Source of the DNA: an uncultured Gammaproteobacteria bacterium | Lineage (GTDB): Bacteria; Patescibacteriota; Microgenomatia; UBA1406; HO2-37-13b | NCBI GenBank assembly: GCA_964612595.1 | Contig: CAZTFB010000001.1 | Span: forward strand, 387,058 to 451,057 | Direction: 5' to 3' | DNA length: 64,000 nt | Shown: piece after piece, positions 1 through 10,412 of the stretch | Position numbering within the stretch: the stretch's first letter is position 1 | Layout: every line of letters begins with the position of its first letter | Notes under the pieces: model-generated | What the model was told of the DNA's origin: nothing | The model's input: only the letters and a program-made list of their open reading frames with translations | Database searches by the model: none | Translations under genes and position numbers: made by a program

Positions 1-369
1 ATCCTCCAAGCTCTTAATAACAAAGATATCACTGTTTATGGTGATGGTAATCAAACACGATCACTTTGTTACGTGAAAGACACGGTCATGGGCATCTATG
101 CGTTCATGGAGAAAGAACATCTTGGAGGAGAAATCATTAATATAGGATCAAGAACTGAGCATACAATAAATGAGTATGCTGAGATGGTCGTGCACTTAAC
201 TAAATCGAAGAGTAAAATAATTCATGAAGAGCGTGTTCAGGACGATCCACAAAGACGTCAACCAGATATTACAAAAGCTAAAAAGCTCTTAAATTGGGAG
301 CCTTCTACTAAGCTCGAAGACGGTATTAGAGAAACAATTCGCTCCTATAAAGGAGACATCATATTATGA
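1..369 (+). CDS. NAD-dependent sugar epimerase/dehydratase, UDP-glucuronate decarboxylase-like (C-terminal fragment; 5' end outside window)
   Basis: Frame 1 is open from base 1 (ILQALNNKDITVYGDGNQTRSLCYV...). GDGxQTRS and the C-terminal PDITKAKKLLNWEP are typical of extended-SDR UXS/RmlB-type enzymes. The stop overlaps the next start (ATGA). Confidence 0.7.
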   Translation: MLQALNNKDITVYGDGNQTRSLCYVKDTVMGIYAFMEKEHLGGEIINIGSRTEHTINEYAEMVVHLTKSKSKIIHEERVQDDPQRRQPDITKAKKLLNWEPSTKLEDGIRETIRSYKGDIIL

Positions 370-1514
370 AGAAAGCCCTTATCGTTATACCGACATACAA
401 TGAAAGAGAGAATATAAAAATTCTGATACCCCAGATTGAGAAAGTAGTTGAACGCATAGACAACTGGGAAGTTGACATATTGATAGTTGATGATGATTCC
501 CCTGACGGCACCTACGAAGAAGCACTATCACTAAAAAAAACCTACAAAAATATTCACATCCTCCAGGGAAAGAAAAATGGACTTGGACGTGCATACTTGA
601 GGGGATTTGCTTACGGCATTGAAAAAATAAATCCTCTTGTTATGTTTGAGATGGACGCAGATTGCCAACACACACCAGACCTTATCCCTCGTTTTCTTCA
701 AGAAGTAGAAAAGGGTGCTGACTTTGTGATCGGATCCCGTTATATTGATGGTGGGTCTATCCCTAGTAATTGGACGCTCGACCGTAAATTTTATTCTGTA
801 GTTGGCAATTTGATTGCAAGTCTGGGTTTTATGAATTTTTCAGTGCACGATTGGACATCTGGCTACAGAGCTATGAAAACATGGTTCCTAAAGGAAGTTT
901 CGCCTGAGATGAAAGGTCATAATGGATATGAATTCCAAATTGCACTTTTAGACAAAGCGATGAAACGACATTTAGTTATCCGTGAAATCCCCCTTCAATT
1001 TACCGACAGAAATACAGGTGATTCAAAACTAAGTTCAATGGTCGTTATACCAAATACCTTGCTCTATATTTTCAGAAATTCAACTTTTATTAAATTTGCG
1101 ATTGTCGGTGCAATGGGGTTTATGGTCGACTTTGGGATCGCGGCCCTTTTAATTAATACCACTCATTTATCAACTCCCACTGCAAATGCAGCTAGTGCGG
1201 AATGTGCGATTATTTTTAATTTCCTGATGAACAACTATTGGAGCTTCCGACATAAGAAAATTCCATCTGGACCCTTCTCTTTTATACGTAAACTCGTAAA
1301 GTTTAATTTAGTATCATCGGGATCTATAATCATTCAATGGACAGGTCTTATAGTGCTTATTAGCATATTTGGCGAACAAACACATACGCTCTTTACTACG
1401 GTAAATATAAGTAGTTGGGTTATTTACAAGATTTTCCTGATCGCTGGCATTATCATTCCATATTCATATTTTATGTATAATCGATTTATATGGAAAAAAC
1501 CTCGCATGAGGTAG
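366..1514 (+). CDS. GT2 polyprenol-phosphate mannosyltransferase (DPM1/Ppm1-like) fused to a C-terminal GtrA-like 4-TM domain
   Basis: N-terminus VIPTYNERENI...DILIVDDDSPDGT...EMDADCQH...GSRY is the DPM1-type GT2 core. The C-terminus FIKFAIVGAMGFMVDFG...NNYWSFRH is GtrA-like. Confidence 0.85.
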   Translation: MKKALIVIPTYNERENIKILIPQIEKVVERIDNWEVDILIVDDDSPDGTYEEALSLKKTYKNIHILQGKKNGLGRAYLRGFAYGIEKINPLVMFEMDADCQHTPDLIPRFLQEVEKGADFVIGSRYIDGGSIPSNWTLDRKFYSVVGNLIASLGFMNFSVHDWTSGYRAMKTWFLKEVSPEMKGHNGYEFQIALLDKAMKRHLVIREIPLQFTDRNTGDSKLSSMVVIPNTLLYIFRNSTFIKFAIVGAMGFMVDFGIAALLINTTHLSTPTANAASAECAIIFNFLMNNYWSFRHKKIPSGPFSFIRKLVKFNLVSSGSIIIQWTGLIVLISIFGEQTHTLFTTVNISSWVIYKIFLIAGIIIPYSYFMYNRFIWKKPRMR

Positions 1515-1540
1515 TATACTTTTAATGAATTTTTTCAAAT

Positions 1541-2194
1541 ATGAATAAAAACCCCTCTACCCTGCAGCGTGTTCTTAACATCTGGGCTATTGTGTTAATT
1601 ATATGGAGTATATACAGAACAAAGCTTATGCTGCCAGAGTGGTTTGATGAGATTATTGCAAAACCTCTTGTCTTTATTCTACCCGTGTATTACAGTATAA
1701 CTCGTTATGAACAGAAACCTTTTTTCCAACAGATTTGGCTTAAAAGAAAGACAATAGTAACGGATACTACAACCGGTTTGCTTGTGGGATTAATATTTTT
1801 AGTAGCAGCGTTTTTTTCAAACTACGTTCGTTTTGGAGATCTATCATTTGTAGAAAATGTATTCAAGACAAACTTACTATTAGCTGGCATCCTTACCATC
1901 TTCACAGCAGTTTCTGAAGAAATTCTGTCAAGAGGATTCATACTCAAAAGACTTTATGAAGATTCCTCAAATATGTACAGTGCTTCATTTATTGCCAGTA
2001 CACTATTTCTCGTGCTTCACATTCCTATTCTGTTTACCATACCGAATTTATCAGGCTCATTATTACTCCTCTTCCTTGGTACAGATTTCATACTAAGTCT
2101 TGTAAATTCCTTTATCTTCCTTGACAGGAAAAGTTTACTGGCTCCTATTCTCATTCATGCCATGTATAACTTTGCGATACTGTTCTATATGTAA
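1541..2194 (+). CDS. CPBP-family intramembrane metalloprotease (CAAX protease-like)
   Basis: Polytopic protein with the motifs SEEILSRGF and LIHAMYNF, which are the EExxxR and H-containing CPBP signatures. Confidence 0.75.
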   Translation: MNKNPSTLQRVLNIWAIVLIIWSIYRTKLMLPEWFDEIIAKPLVFILPVYYSITRYEQKPFFQQIWLKRKTIVTDTTTGLLVGLIFLVAAFFSNYVRFGDLSFVENVFKTNLLLAGILTIFTAVSEEILSRGFILKRLYEDSSNMYSASFIASTLFLVLHIPILFTIPNLSGSLLLLFLGTDFILSLVNSFIFLDRKSLLAPILIHAMYNFAILFYM

Positions 2195-2205
2195 GTACGG
2201 GGCAG

Positions 2206-3831
2206 CTACTCAGTTGTATAGACCCAAAAGATCTCTTCAGTACCGTAGGTAATTTTTTGAATACGACTCTTGTCAATGTTTCTACCTTCAAATTCATCTG
2301 GATATCCCACGACAACACTATTCTCTGGAAATTCTGTGCCTGATGGAACCTCAAAAATAAACTTGTCAAAACTCTCAACCTGTGAAAAGCCATACTCGTC
2401 AGGGCTTGAGAGAACGGCTTTATTATGGTAACTTGCTGGGTCATATTGCATAAAGTAGAGAAGATAAATGTAAGGTTGGCCATGTCTCTTTGTGAAATAA
2501 TATTGATCAGTTGTAGCATAGGTGTTTTTAACACTCGCAACAAGTTCTTTGTATCCACATTGCCACGATCTTGTATGGTACGCGCGCTTAAAGTAATGAT
2601 TAAAGTAAAGATTAAGACTACTAATGTTAAAGAAAGCAAAACCTCCTATAACAACACCGTAAAGTAATAACTTCTGGAAACGAGGCTGTCTATTTACATG
2701 ATTGAATAGCTCAACAAATCCATACGAAGAGATAATCAAGATGGGAAGAATCATAACATAAGTACGAGTTAATGAATATGAAGACCATGTTAATGCATTG
2801 TTTAAGGGTGCTAGAAGAAGAAAAGATGTAATTATGAAACGATTCTTTACCCTGTTCTTAAATAGATAAAATATGCCAATAAAAAGAAAAAGATACTCAA
2901 CGGGAGTAATCGGACTAAGCCACTCCATACCAAAGCGAGGATTAGCATCGCCGTTTATCGCGAGGAACTCCGGTGATATTTGATGCAAGTAACGATACGT
3001 CATTTCCTTAATAGCCTGAGCGCCTTTGTTGTGTAGTATTCTGTTTGGATTTTCACGTAGATACTCGTCTAGTTTTAGCTGAAAACCGGCATTATGGGTA
3101 AAAAATAAGCTACCCACCCTACTCGTACCATATTGTTTATCTACTAAAAAGGGTACAAGCAGCACAAACAATAAGAGCAAAACTAAACCAACTTGTTTCG
3201 CTGCAATTTTCTTTGTCCCCTCAAAATTTTTGAACAGTAGAAAAGTACACGCGCCAACTATGTAAAGAAGAAACAGACGAGCTGAATGATAGGAGAACGT
3301 GGCAAGAAATATTGCACCGAGTGAGAAAATCATCGAACCATAATGTTTCGTTCGCATGAAACGAAGTAGCATCCATATACTTGTGCCAATAAATAATGCG
3401 CTTAGCCCGGTTTCATGCGCGTGACGGCTTACTACATAGATCCACGGAGACACAGCTGCAAGAAAGGCCGCCACATATGCGGCTTTTCTGTTCCTGAATA
3501 GTTCGAGAGATAAATAGAAAACTAGTGGAATCAATAGAATGCCAGCAATGTTACCTACCAATCTCGTTGCAAACGGTGTTAATCCAAACACAGCAATTGC
3601 CGGAATAGATAGGTAGCTGTATAAGGGCAACTTCATGTCGTTGAATGACAGGAGTCTGAGAGGCAACAATGCACCGTGTTCATCCTTAAGAGTTTTTAAT
3701 ATTGAGTAGGTATTGTAACCAAATGCAGCTTCATCAGCATTAATACACCCTGGAACTTCTGAGTGCTTATAAAACGTAATAAAGATGCCAAAACATATAA
3801 TTATAAGAAGGAGTATGTTAATTTTTTTCAT
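2206..3831 (-). CDS. GT-C fold glycosyltransferase, ArnT/PMT (GT39/GT83)-like polytopic membrane protein
   Basis: 541 aa with many TM helices. The first-loop motif INADEAAFGYNTYSIL...GALLPL is typical of PMT_2/ArnT-type enzymes. A soluble C-terminal domain is present. Confidence 0.7.
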   Translation of the reverse strand: MKKINILLLIIICFGIFITFYKHSEVPGCINADEAAFGYNTYSILKTLKDEHGALLPLRLLSFNDMKLPLYSYLSIPAIAVFGLTPFATRLVGNIAGILLIPLVFYLSLELFRNRKAAYVAAFLAAVSPWIYVVSRHAHETGLSALFIGTSIWMLLRFMRTKHYGSMIFSLGAIFLATFSYHSARLFLLYIVGACTFLLFKNFEGTKKIAAKQVGLVLLLLFVLLVPFLVDKQYGTSRVGSLFFTHNAGFQLKLDEYLRENPNRILHNKGAQAIKEMTYRYLHQISPEFLAINGDANPRFGMEWLSPITPVEYLFLFIGIFYLFKNRVKNRFIITSFLLLAPLNNALTWSSYSLTRTYVMILPILIISSYGFVELFNHVNRQPRFQKLLLYGVVIGGFAFFNISSLNLYFNHYFKRAYHTRSWQCGYKELVASVKNTYATTDQYYFTKRHGQPYIYLLYFMQYDPASYHNKAVLSSPDEYGFSQVESFDKFIFEVPSGTEFPENSVVVGYPDEFEGRNIDKSRIQKITYGTEEIFWVYTTE

Positions 3832-4742
3832 GAAAATAGTTTGAAGATTTCCTTATCAGAAATCTTCTGATGTCGTAATTTTACTGAACGGCGCTTTAAA
3901 ATACTTGGCACATACTGCAACGCCCAAAAAAAACTGCTCACAAACTCTGTTTCACCCCTAATAGACATCAGAAGTAGGTGTATAGGGAGCCAGAGAATAT
4001 GTTTCAAAAAAAGCTGTATATCTGTAATGTTTGCCCATGTAAAAAGGAATTGGTTTCTATACGCAATGTGCTTTACGTTCTTTGGGGAAAAATATGTTGA
4101 TATTGTTGATTCTCTTGCATGCTCGACGACAATACGGGGATAATATAGAACGTGCCATCCACGGCTGTACATTCTATATGAGAGATCAATATCTTCCCAA
4201 TAAAATGGGGAATACATTACGTCAAAAGCCCCAAGTTCTTTCAATCGATCAATGCGACAAATGCATGATCCCCCGTTTGCCCATGCGGTTAGACCTTCTT
4301 TTGTATCTTTTGCACGATCATGAGCAACAAGCCCGCGTGAAAATTTCAGAACGCTTTTTCCTAGGAGCATACCATCATCTCTTTCAGCAAAAGATATAGC
4401 TGCTATGTGATTATTTTTCTCAAAGACAGTAAGTGCATCATCTGGAAATGAGTGAGTGAGTCGTACATCGGAATTTAGTAACATCACATAGTTGTGTTTC
4501 GCAGCCATAATACCTTTATTAATAGCCTGTGAAAAACCGAGATTTTTTTCATTTTCAATAAGATGAATATGCTTCATTTTTGTAAGATGACGTAACTTTT
4601 CATATAAATATTCCTGAGATGCATCATCGACAATAATAATCTCTGATTTTTTTGGGAGGAGTGGGAGATTGTGTATAAGGTTCTCCACAAACATATCAGT
4701 TTTCTTATATACAGGAATCACTACTGATATATTCTTACTCAT
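3828..4742 (-). CDS. GT2 family glycosyltransferase
   Basis: SVVIPVYKK...IIIVDDASQE...LLNSDV and the WEDIDLSYR motif. Four-nt overlaps with both neighbours. Confidence 0.8.
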   Translation of the reverse strand: MSKNISVVIPVYKKTDMFVENLIHNLPLLPKKSEIIIVDDASQEYLYEKLRHLTKMKHIHLIENEKNLGFSQAINKGIMAAKHNYVMLLNSDVRLTHSFPDDALTVFEKNNHIAAISFAERDDGMLLGKSVLKFSRGLVAHDRAKDTKEGLTAWANGGSCICRIDRLKELGAFDVMYSPFYWEDIDLSYRMYSRGWHVLYYPRIVVEHARESTISTYFSPKNVKHIAYRNQFLFTWANITDIQLFLKHILWLPIHLLLMSIRGETEFVSSFFWALQYVPSILKRRSVKLRHQKISDKEIFKLFS

Positions 4743-5797
4743 AAGTGGAAGTAGTCTTTAACTTTTTTCTCAAAAACCTTTTTTGAAAAGTTCTCTCGTA
4801 CATAAGTAGATCCCTGAAGTCCTATAACTTGCATTGATTTGTCTGTGAGCTGTGACGTGAGTGTAATAAGATCACGAACGGTATCATATATATATCCAGT
4901 CTCTCCGTTGCGAATGTAGCGGCGCGGTCCTCCGGAGTTATGACATATAGTTACCGCGCTGGCTGCCATACCTTGTAATGGTGTTATTCCCAAGTGCTCT
5001 ACCGCATCTGGATGTTCATCTTCGTCTATGCCAAATCCAGCAGCATGCCAATATATTTTTGCAGACGCATATAATTCGAGAATTTCTTTTTGTGGAAGAT
5101 TGGTTCTTATATCAATATTATTATTCTCACCCTTCATCTCAAGTAACTTATCAAGATATGCACGATCTTCTTTAGCATCTGTCAATCCCCCAGCAAGTAC
5201 GAGGCTATATGAACGAAAGGTGGGGTACTTTTTTTGGAGTTCCTTAAATGCTTGAATAAGAATATCCTGACGCTTTGAGTGGAGATGTGGGAAAAATCTA
5301 CCAACTGATAGTATGATATTATTTTTCTTTTTCTCAGGCTGGAAATAAACCTCATCTATGTAAGGATGGACGACCTCGACGTGCTTATTTAGCAAAACTC
5401 GCATTTTTTCAGCAGTAAACTCGCCGTTAGCAAAAAATTGCGCCTTTCGCGTTTTAAAAGCATTAATAATACCCCGTGGCATGAGCTCTTTTTTGGGATA
5501 CATAAAAAATATAAACGTATGTTCCGATTCTGCAGAAAAGTAACTTCCGTCAGTAACATAAAGGCAATACTTATACAGATTTTTTTGTGGAACAGAGCTA
5601 ATTATTCGCGCATTGTCAAAAGAAATATTGTGGATTTTGTGTAATTTTTCTAAGATATCATTATCCTTCCATACTATGTCACTTGCATATCCGCACTCGT
5701 CAAATACTTTTAGAATCGAAAAAATATGCTGTTCTCCACCACCTAGAATATCCAGGTACTGACTTATGAGAAGAACGTTATTTTTGGTATTTTTCAT
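4739..5797 (-). CDS. GT4 family glycosyltransferase (glycos_transf_1)
   Basis: C-terminal EHLGITPLQGMAASAVTICHNSGGP...NGETGYIY is the GT4 E-x7-E region. I place the start at the internal ATG 5797 (MKNTKNNVLLISQY...) rather than the track start 5848, which overlaps the upstream gene by 71 nt. Confidence 0.75.
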   Translation of the reverse strand: MKNTKNNVLLISQYLDILGGGEQHIFSILKVFDECGYASDIVWKDNDILEKLHKIHNISFDNARIISSVPQKNLYKYCLYVTDGSYFSAESEHTFIFFMYPKKELMPRGIINAFKTRKAQFFANGEFTAEKMRVLLNKHVEVVHPYIDEVYFQPEKKKNNIILSVGRFFPHLHSKRQDILIQAFKELQKKYPTFRSYSLVLAGGLTDAKEDRAYLDKLLEMKGENNNIDIRTNLPQKEILELYASAKIYWHAAGFGIDEDEHPDAVEHLGITPLQGMAASAVTICHNSGGPRRYIRNGETGYIYDTVRDLITLTSQLTDKSMQVIGLQGSTYVRENFSKKVFEKKVKDYFHL

Positions 5798-6542
5798 ACA
5801 ACATGAGGTAAGTAATTGTTTTTGAGTATGCTTGATATAGTGATTCAATTATTCCGTATGTACCATCGAGGAATCCGAACTTTTTAAACATACGTCTATA
5901 CAATTCGCCAAAGAATTTTCTAAACAAGGTTTTCATAGTAACGGTTTTTCCAGCCTTATACAGTAGATCTGACTCAATGTCTTCGTACACAATAGTTTTA
6001 CTTACCATATTCTCTAAATCTGGGTGAAAATAATGCACAAATGGTTCAGAAAGCGTGCCTGATGATCCTATTATTTGAGGAGTAGAATGAATGGCAGTTG
6101 GCCAGCGTTTAAACGATTCTTTTTTTATTAATCTCAAAACTCCATCTGGATACCATCCACCATAACGCAACCATTTTTTCCCGGCAAAAATATTCTTTCT
6201 TGGCACAAAAAAATGAGTGTTGTTTGTTTTTTCGATAGTTTTGTGTATCTCTTCGGCTAATTCTTTCGTAATGACTTCATCAGCATCTAAAATAAATATC
6301 CAATCTCCTTTTGCTGAAGCTATCGCAAACTCTCGTGAAGGTTCAACATAACGATGATAAGGAAAGTGCAATACGCGGCATCCTAGCTTTTTTGCAACTT
6401 CATATGTATTATCAGTACTCTCTGTATCTATAACAAGCACATCATCGGTCAAAAGAAATGCACTTTTGATTGCGTTTTTAATTATCTTTTCTCCATTATA
6501 TGCGCCAATAACTACGGTTATTCTCATATGCATTGTTGTCAC
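5778..6542 (-). CDS. GT2 family glycosyltransferase
   Basis: ITVVIGAYNGEK...VLVIDTESTDNT...ILDADE is the GT2 DxD architecture. Confidence 0.8.
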   Translation of the reverse strand: MTTMHMRITVVIGAYNGEKIIKNAIKSAFLLTDDVLVIDTESTDNTYEVAKKLGCRVLHFPYHRYVEPSREFAIASAKGDWIFILDADEVITKELAEEIHKTIEKTNNTHFFVPRKNIFAGKKWLRYGGWYPDGVLRLIKKESFKRWPTAIHSTPQIIGSSGTLSEPFVHYFHPDLENMVSKTIVYEDIESDLLYKAGKTVTMKTLFRKFFGELYRRMFKKFGFLDGTYGIIESLYQAYSKTITYLMLYEKYQK

Positions 6543-6577
6543 TCTTGATTATATATTACAATGAACCCAACATTGAT

Positions 6578-7669
6578 ATGAATCGATCTAAGCTCATTAT
6601 CCTATATTATGTCACTCTTTTAAGCCTTACTCTATACTCATATGCACTTTTGGATCCAAATATTACGATCATTAATCACCAATTATGGACCGAATTTCGC
6701 AATGGAATGGTCCAACTCGGCTATTATCATCGTCACACATCTGCTAGCATATTTTTATTGCTTATGTCTCTCCTCTTCGTAATTCACCTGCGAATTCTTA
6801 AGAAAAAGCCTTTTAATCCTATGCGACTTTCATTTATTACCGCCGGTATACTTATACTATCGTATCCTTTCCTTTCGCGCGATCTTTTTAACTATATGTT
6901 TGACGCGCGCATCCTGACTGTTCATCATGCAAATCCATACCTCCATGCTGCTTTAGATTTTCCTGACGACCAGTGGCTTCGTTTTATGCATTGGACACAT
7001 CGCTCCTACCCGTACGGCCCTACATTTTTGCCACTTACTCTCATTCCATCATTCCTAAGTATGGGTAAATTCGTGCTTAATCTTCTCTTTTTCAAAGCAA
7101 TGTTTGCGGGAGTATATATTTGGACGGTATATATGCTTTCTAAGATTAAAAAAGAGTATGGACTTTTTTTTGCTACGCATCCCGTCGTACTTATTGAAGG
7201 TCTTGTCAATAATCATAATGACCTCATAGCAGTGATGTTTGCGATTATGGGTATATATTATGGATCATCAAAGGTTCTTTCCTTTTTTTCGTTCCTCGGA
7301 TCTGCTGGCATCAAATTCATTACTACTCCAAGCTTGCTACTATTTGCACACAAAGACAAGGTGAGGCGTGCATATTTCGCAGCTTTTTCGATGATTGTTC
7401 TCCTCATATATCTATCTTGGTCTGGAGATTTTCAACAGTGGTATGTCGTAAATTTCTTTATATTTATACCCATATTGTATCCATTTCTTCGCTCGATGCA
7501 TATTTTTTTCTATGGCGTTCTATTCTCATATATCCCTTTTATACTTTTCGGAGAGTGGAATACAGCACAGAACATGCTTATAAAATACAGTACAGTCATA
7601 TTGGCGTTATGTATTAATATTGGACTATTGTATTTTAGAAAGTATTACAAGAAGGTCTCAAATCTTTAA
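6578..7669 (+). CDS. Polytopic membrane protein, possible GT-C-type glycosyltransferase
   Basis: About 11 hydrophobic segments with no soluble domain, sitting in the glycosylation cluster. The start is moved to ATG 6578 (MNRSKLIILYY). Confidence 0.4.
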   Translation: MNRSKLIILYYVTLLSLTLYSYALLDPNITIINHQLWTEFRNGMVQLGYYHRHTSASIFLLLMSLLFVIHLRILKKKPFNPMRLSFITAGILILSYPFLSRDLFNYMFDARILTVHHANPYLHAALDFPDDQWLRFMHWTHRSYPYGPTFLPLTLIPSFLSMGKFVLNLLFFKAMFAGVYIWTVYMLSKIKKEYGLFFATHPVVLIEGLVNNHNDLIAVMFAIMGIYYGSSKVLSFFSFLGSAGIKFITTPSLLLFAHKDKVRRAYFAAFSMIVLLIYLSWSGDFQQWYVVNFFIFIPILYPFLRSMHIFFYGVLFSYIPFILFGEWNTAQNMLIKYSTVILALCINIGLLYFRKYYKKVSNL

Positions 7670-8110
7670 ATTATCTACCCAGTCTTCAAGTAGTTTATTG
7701 TTCTTTTTTTCGTTAAAGTAATAGCCATCAATACGAAGCGCATCACACAAAAGCTCCCCACCAGTTTCTCGAATCATATTCTCGAGATAGTCCGCAGAAT
7801 GGCAAAATTCAATATAGGAACTGTCACCCAACGCATATACTGCATACATACGTCTTTTCTTCTCACTTTTCCGAAGTTCCTCTTCAAAGGGAAGGAACCA
7901 AATATGTGGCTGGCCTTGTGAGCCATTGTAGAACCATGTATTAGTTCCAAATAGAATTACTTCGTATGTATCAAGTTCGTCGATAGTAACCTGGCGAATT
8001 TCTTTAAGATCAACAGTGTGCCCATTTTTTAGTAAACGTTCTGCAACATGTTGAGATGCAAAATATGTGCCGTTTGAATTTGTGCCATATGCAACTAAGA
8101 TTTTTGCCAT
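7658..8110 (-). CDS. Flavodoxin-like protein
   Basis: MAKILVAYGTNSNGTYFASQ... (FMN phosphate-binding loop T/S-x-T/N-G-x-T), ILFGTNTW and ALGDSSY match the short-chain flavodoxin layout. Confidence 0.6.
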   Translation of the reverse strand: MAKILVAYGTNSNGTYFASQHVAERLLKNGHTVDLKEIRQVTIDELDTYEVILFGTNTWFYNGSQGQPHIWFLPFEEELRKSEKKRRMYAVYALGDSSYIEFCHSADYLENMIRETGGELLCDALRIDGYYFNEKKNNKLLEDWVDNLKI

Positions 8111-8910
8111 AGTGAATTCTTCAGTAAATGCAATTTAGTACGTAGTGGTGCATATTTTAAGCCAAACGTCATGCGATTCTTGTTTTGATATTCAATATGC
8201 AGCTTTGATCCTGCGCCATCGGTAGATTGTGAATTTTTATGATATATAACTAACGATGGGTCATAGTACATATGTAATCCTGCTTTCGCAATACGCGCGC
8301 ACCAATCCGCATCTTCATAATACAAAAAATATCGATCGTCCATCATGCCAACTTTTTCAACAAGTGCCGTATCAAAGCACATAAGACACCCTGTTACAAA
8401 TGCAGTTTCTTCAAAATTATCATACTGCCCTCTATCTACTTCATCAACGCCACGATGAATAGTAAAGGCATTTGCCCAATCCATAATACCACCCGCATAC
8501 CAGAGAACATGACCCTCTTCATTCTTCGCATATCTGTTTTTATGATATTCGTATCCTTTTGCATAATATATTTTTCCTCCGATAAGACTACTTGGATGGG
8601 CACCAATAGTAATATGGGCACGTTCAACAAAATCTTGTGCAACAAGCACATCATTGTTAATAAATACAAAATTTGTAAATCCATCTTGTAGCGCAAGTGT
8701 ATAACCTGTATTTAATCCAAATGCATACCCTCGATTTTCAGCGTGTACTCTAGTAACATTTGTATATTCCGAGAATGGTTCTGGATGCGGTGTGACATCG
8801 ACAACATAAATATGGTAGTTTTTATTCGTCTGCTTCGAAAAACTTGCGATAAAATCTTCAGTATCTGAATAGTTTTTGTAGTTAACCGTTATTATTGCTA
8901 ATTTTTTCAT
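8095..8910 (-). CDS. GT2 family glycosyltransferase (rhamnosyltransferase-like)
   Basis: AIITVNYKNYSDT...YVVDV...INNDV...YYEDADWC are GT2 motifs. Confidence 0.8.
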   Translation of the reverse strand: MKKLAIITVNYKNYSDTEDFIASFSKQTNKNYHIYVVDVTPHPEPFSEYTNVTRVHAENRGYAFGLNTGYTLALQDGFTNFVFINNDVLVAQDFVERAHITIGAHPSSLIGGKIYYAKGYEYHKNRYAKNEEGHVLWYAGGIMDWANAFTIHRGVDEVDRGQYDNFEETAFVTGCLMCFDTALVEKVGMMDDRYFLYYEDADWCARIAKAGLHMYYDPSLVIYHKNSQSTDGAGSKLHIEYQNKNRMTFGLKYAPLRTKLHLLKNSLWQKS

Positions 8911-10385
8911 ACTCCTTTACTGTTTTTGAACAGACCTAACACTTCTTCGAATAAAGCTCTTCCCTTAATTCTATATAGAACACCAATATACGCAGACCCC
9001 CCACAAATAATTGCAAGGAATAAATATAATCCATCCATATGAAGCATATTAACAAATACCACTCGAAGTACGACTATACATGTCGTCATTGCTGTAACGG
9101 CGACAAGTACATCTCTTAAAATTCGACGCACTGAAAATGAAACTATTTTTTTTGCTTCTCTCAAAACCAAGAAGAAGGAGAGTGACATTATAAAAAAGGC
9201 GTACGAGATGCCAGGATAGCCGAACAAAACAATCATAGGAGGAATGAGGACCCACGTGAGTACCGTGAAGTAAACCATAAATAACAAACTCTTACGAACC
9301 TTTCCCACCGCGTTGAAAAGATTTATTAATGGACTATAAAGACTCACGAATAATGATGACAATGAGAAAAAGTAAAATGAAACCAGACTATAGTGCCATT
9401 TATCGTAGTAATCTCCAGGAACTACTTTAAGTAAAATATCAAAAACCAACATGGCGCCTATAACCATGGCAAAAATCGCTATGGTTTCGTAATATAACAC
9501 CTTCTCTAAAGATTTTTTTAGTAGAGCCTTATCTGCTTGGAATCGGGCAAAGAGTGGAAAAGCAACTCGATTTATATTATCCATAATGAGTCGAATAGAA
9601 AACTCTGCATACTTCTTTGCAAACGTAACGTAACCCAGGTTTGTTAAACCGATTGCTCCTCCAAGATACAAAATGAGTAGATCATCTTTAAAAAAGGCGA
9701 GGAACGAATTGCTCTGGAATGGAATACCGTATGCTAATAGCTTTTTTCCTGAGGACCATGAAAATGAAAGCGTGGGATGCCATGGGCTGAAGAAATAAAT
9801 TAATGCTGTTCCCAAAATAGCCCTGGCTAATACCGCCACAACAAGGCTTTCAATATCAAAATTCAGAAAAACCATAGCGATGATTATGAGATAGAATACA
9901 GTTCCTTCAAGTGCCTGCACGACAACAACTTTGTATATTTTTATTTCTTTTTCTAGCAAGACAGATGGAATTGTCTTAAGTGAGAGTATAAAAAATGAGG
10001 CCAATACTGCCCAATATAGATTGACCGCATTATGAGGAATGTCTTTATAGTAACTAAAAACAAAAGGCGTCGCGATATAGCCTACTATTACAGCAAAACA
10101 GGTGAGAAAAAACTGAATGTAAAAGGCAGTATTTAAATCGACCTGCTTAATCTCTTTTTTTTGCATCAGAGCTGCTGCAAGACCAAGATTTGTAAAATAG
10201 TTAAAAGAGGCAAGCGCAGCGAGGACTGTATTGTATATGCCAAGAAGATATACTCCCGATTTAATAGTGAGAATAAAGAATGCTGCAAAGCCCAAAAGAG
10301 CCGTATATGATCCTTGGGCAAGTAGGCTCGCAACACTTATAAAGCTCCGTGACTTTACTACATCTAGGTCTTTATGCTTCTCCAT
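8907..10385 (-). CDS. Polysaccharide/oligosaccharide flippase (Wzx, MOP superfamily)
   Basis: 492 aa with about 12-14 TM helices. The N-terminus has the usual Wzx-like pattern, and the gene is operonic with GT2 genes. Confidence 0.65.
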   Translation of the reverse strand: MEKHKDLDVVKSRSFISVASLLAQGSYTALLGFAAFFILTIKSGVYLLGIYNTVLAALASFNYFTNLGLAAALMQKKEIKQVDLNTAFYIQFFLTCFAVIVGYIATPFVFSYYKDIPHNAVNLYWAVLASFFILSLKTIPSVLLEKEIKIYKVVVVQALEGTVFYLIIIAMVFLNFDIESLVVAVLARAILGTALIYFFSPWHPTLSFSWSSGKKLLAYGIPFQSNSFLAFFKDDLLILYLGGAIGLTNLGYVTFAKKYAEFSIRLIMDNINRVAFPLFARFQADKALLKKSLEKVLYYETIAIFAMVIGAMLVFDILLKVVPGDYYDKWHYSLVSFYFFSLSSLFVSLYSPLINLFNAVGKVRKSLLFMVYFTVLTWVLIPPMIVLFGYPGISYAFFIMSLSFFLVLREAKKIVSFSVRRILRDVLVAVTAMTTCIVVLRVVFVNMLHMDGLYLFLAIICGGSAYIGVLYRIKGRALFEEVLGLFKNSKGV

Positions 10386-10412
10386 TGATTTTAAGCGTTG
10401 TAAAAATTAGAA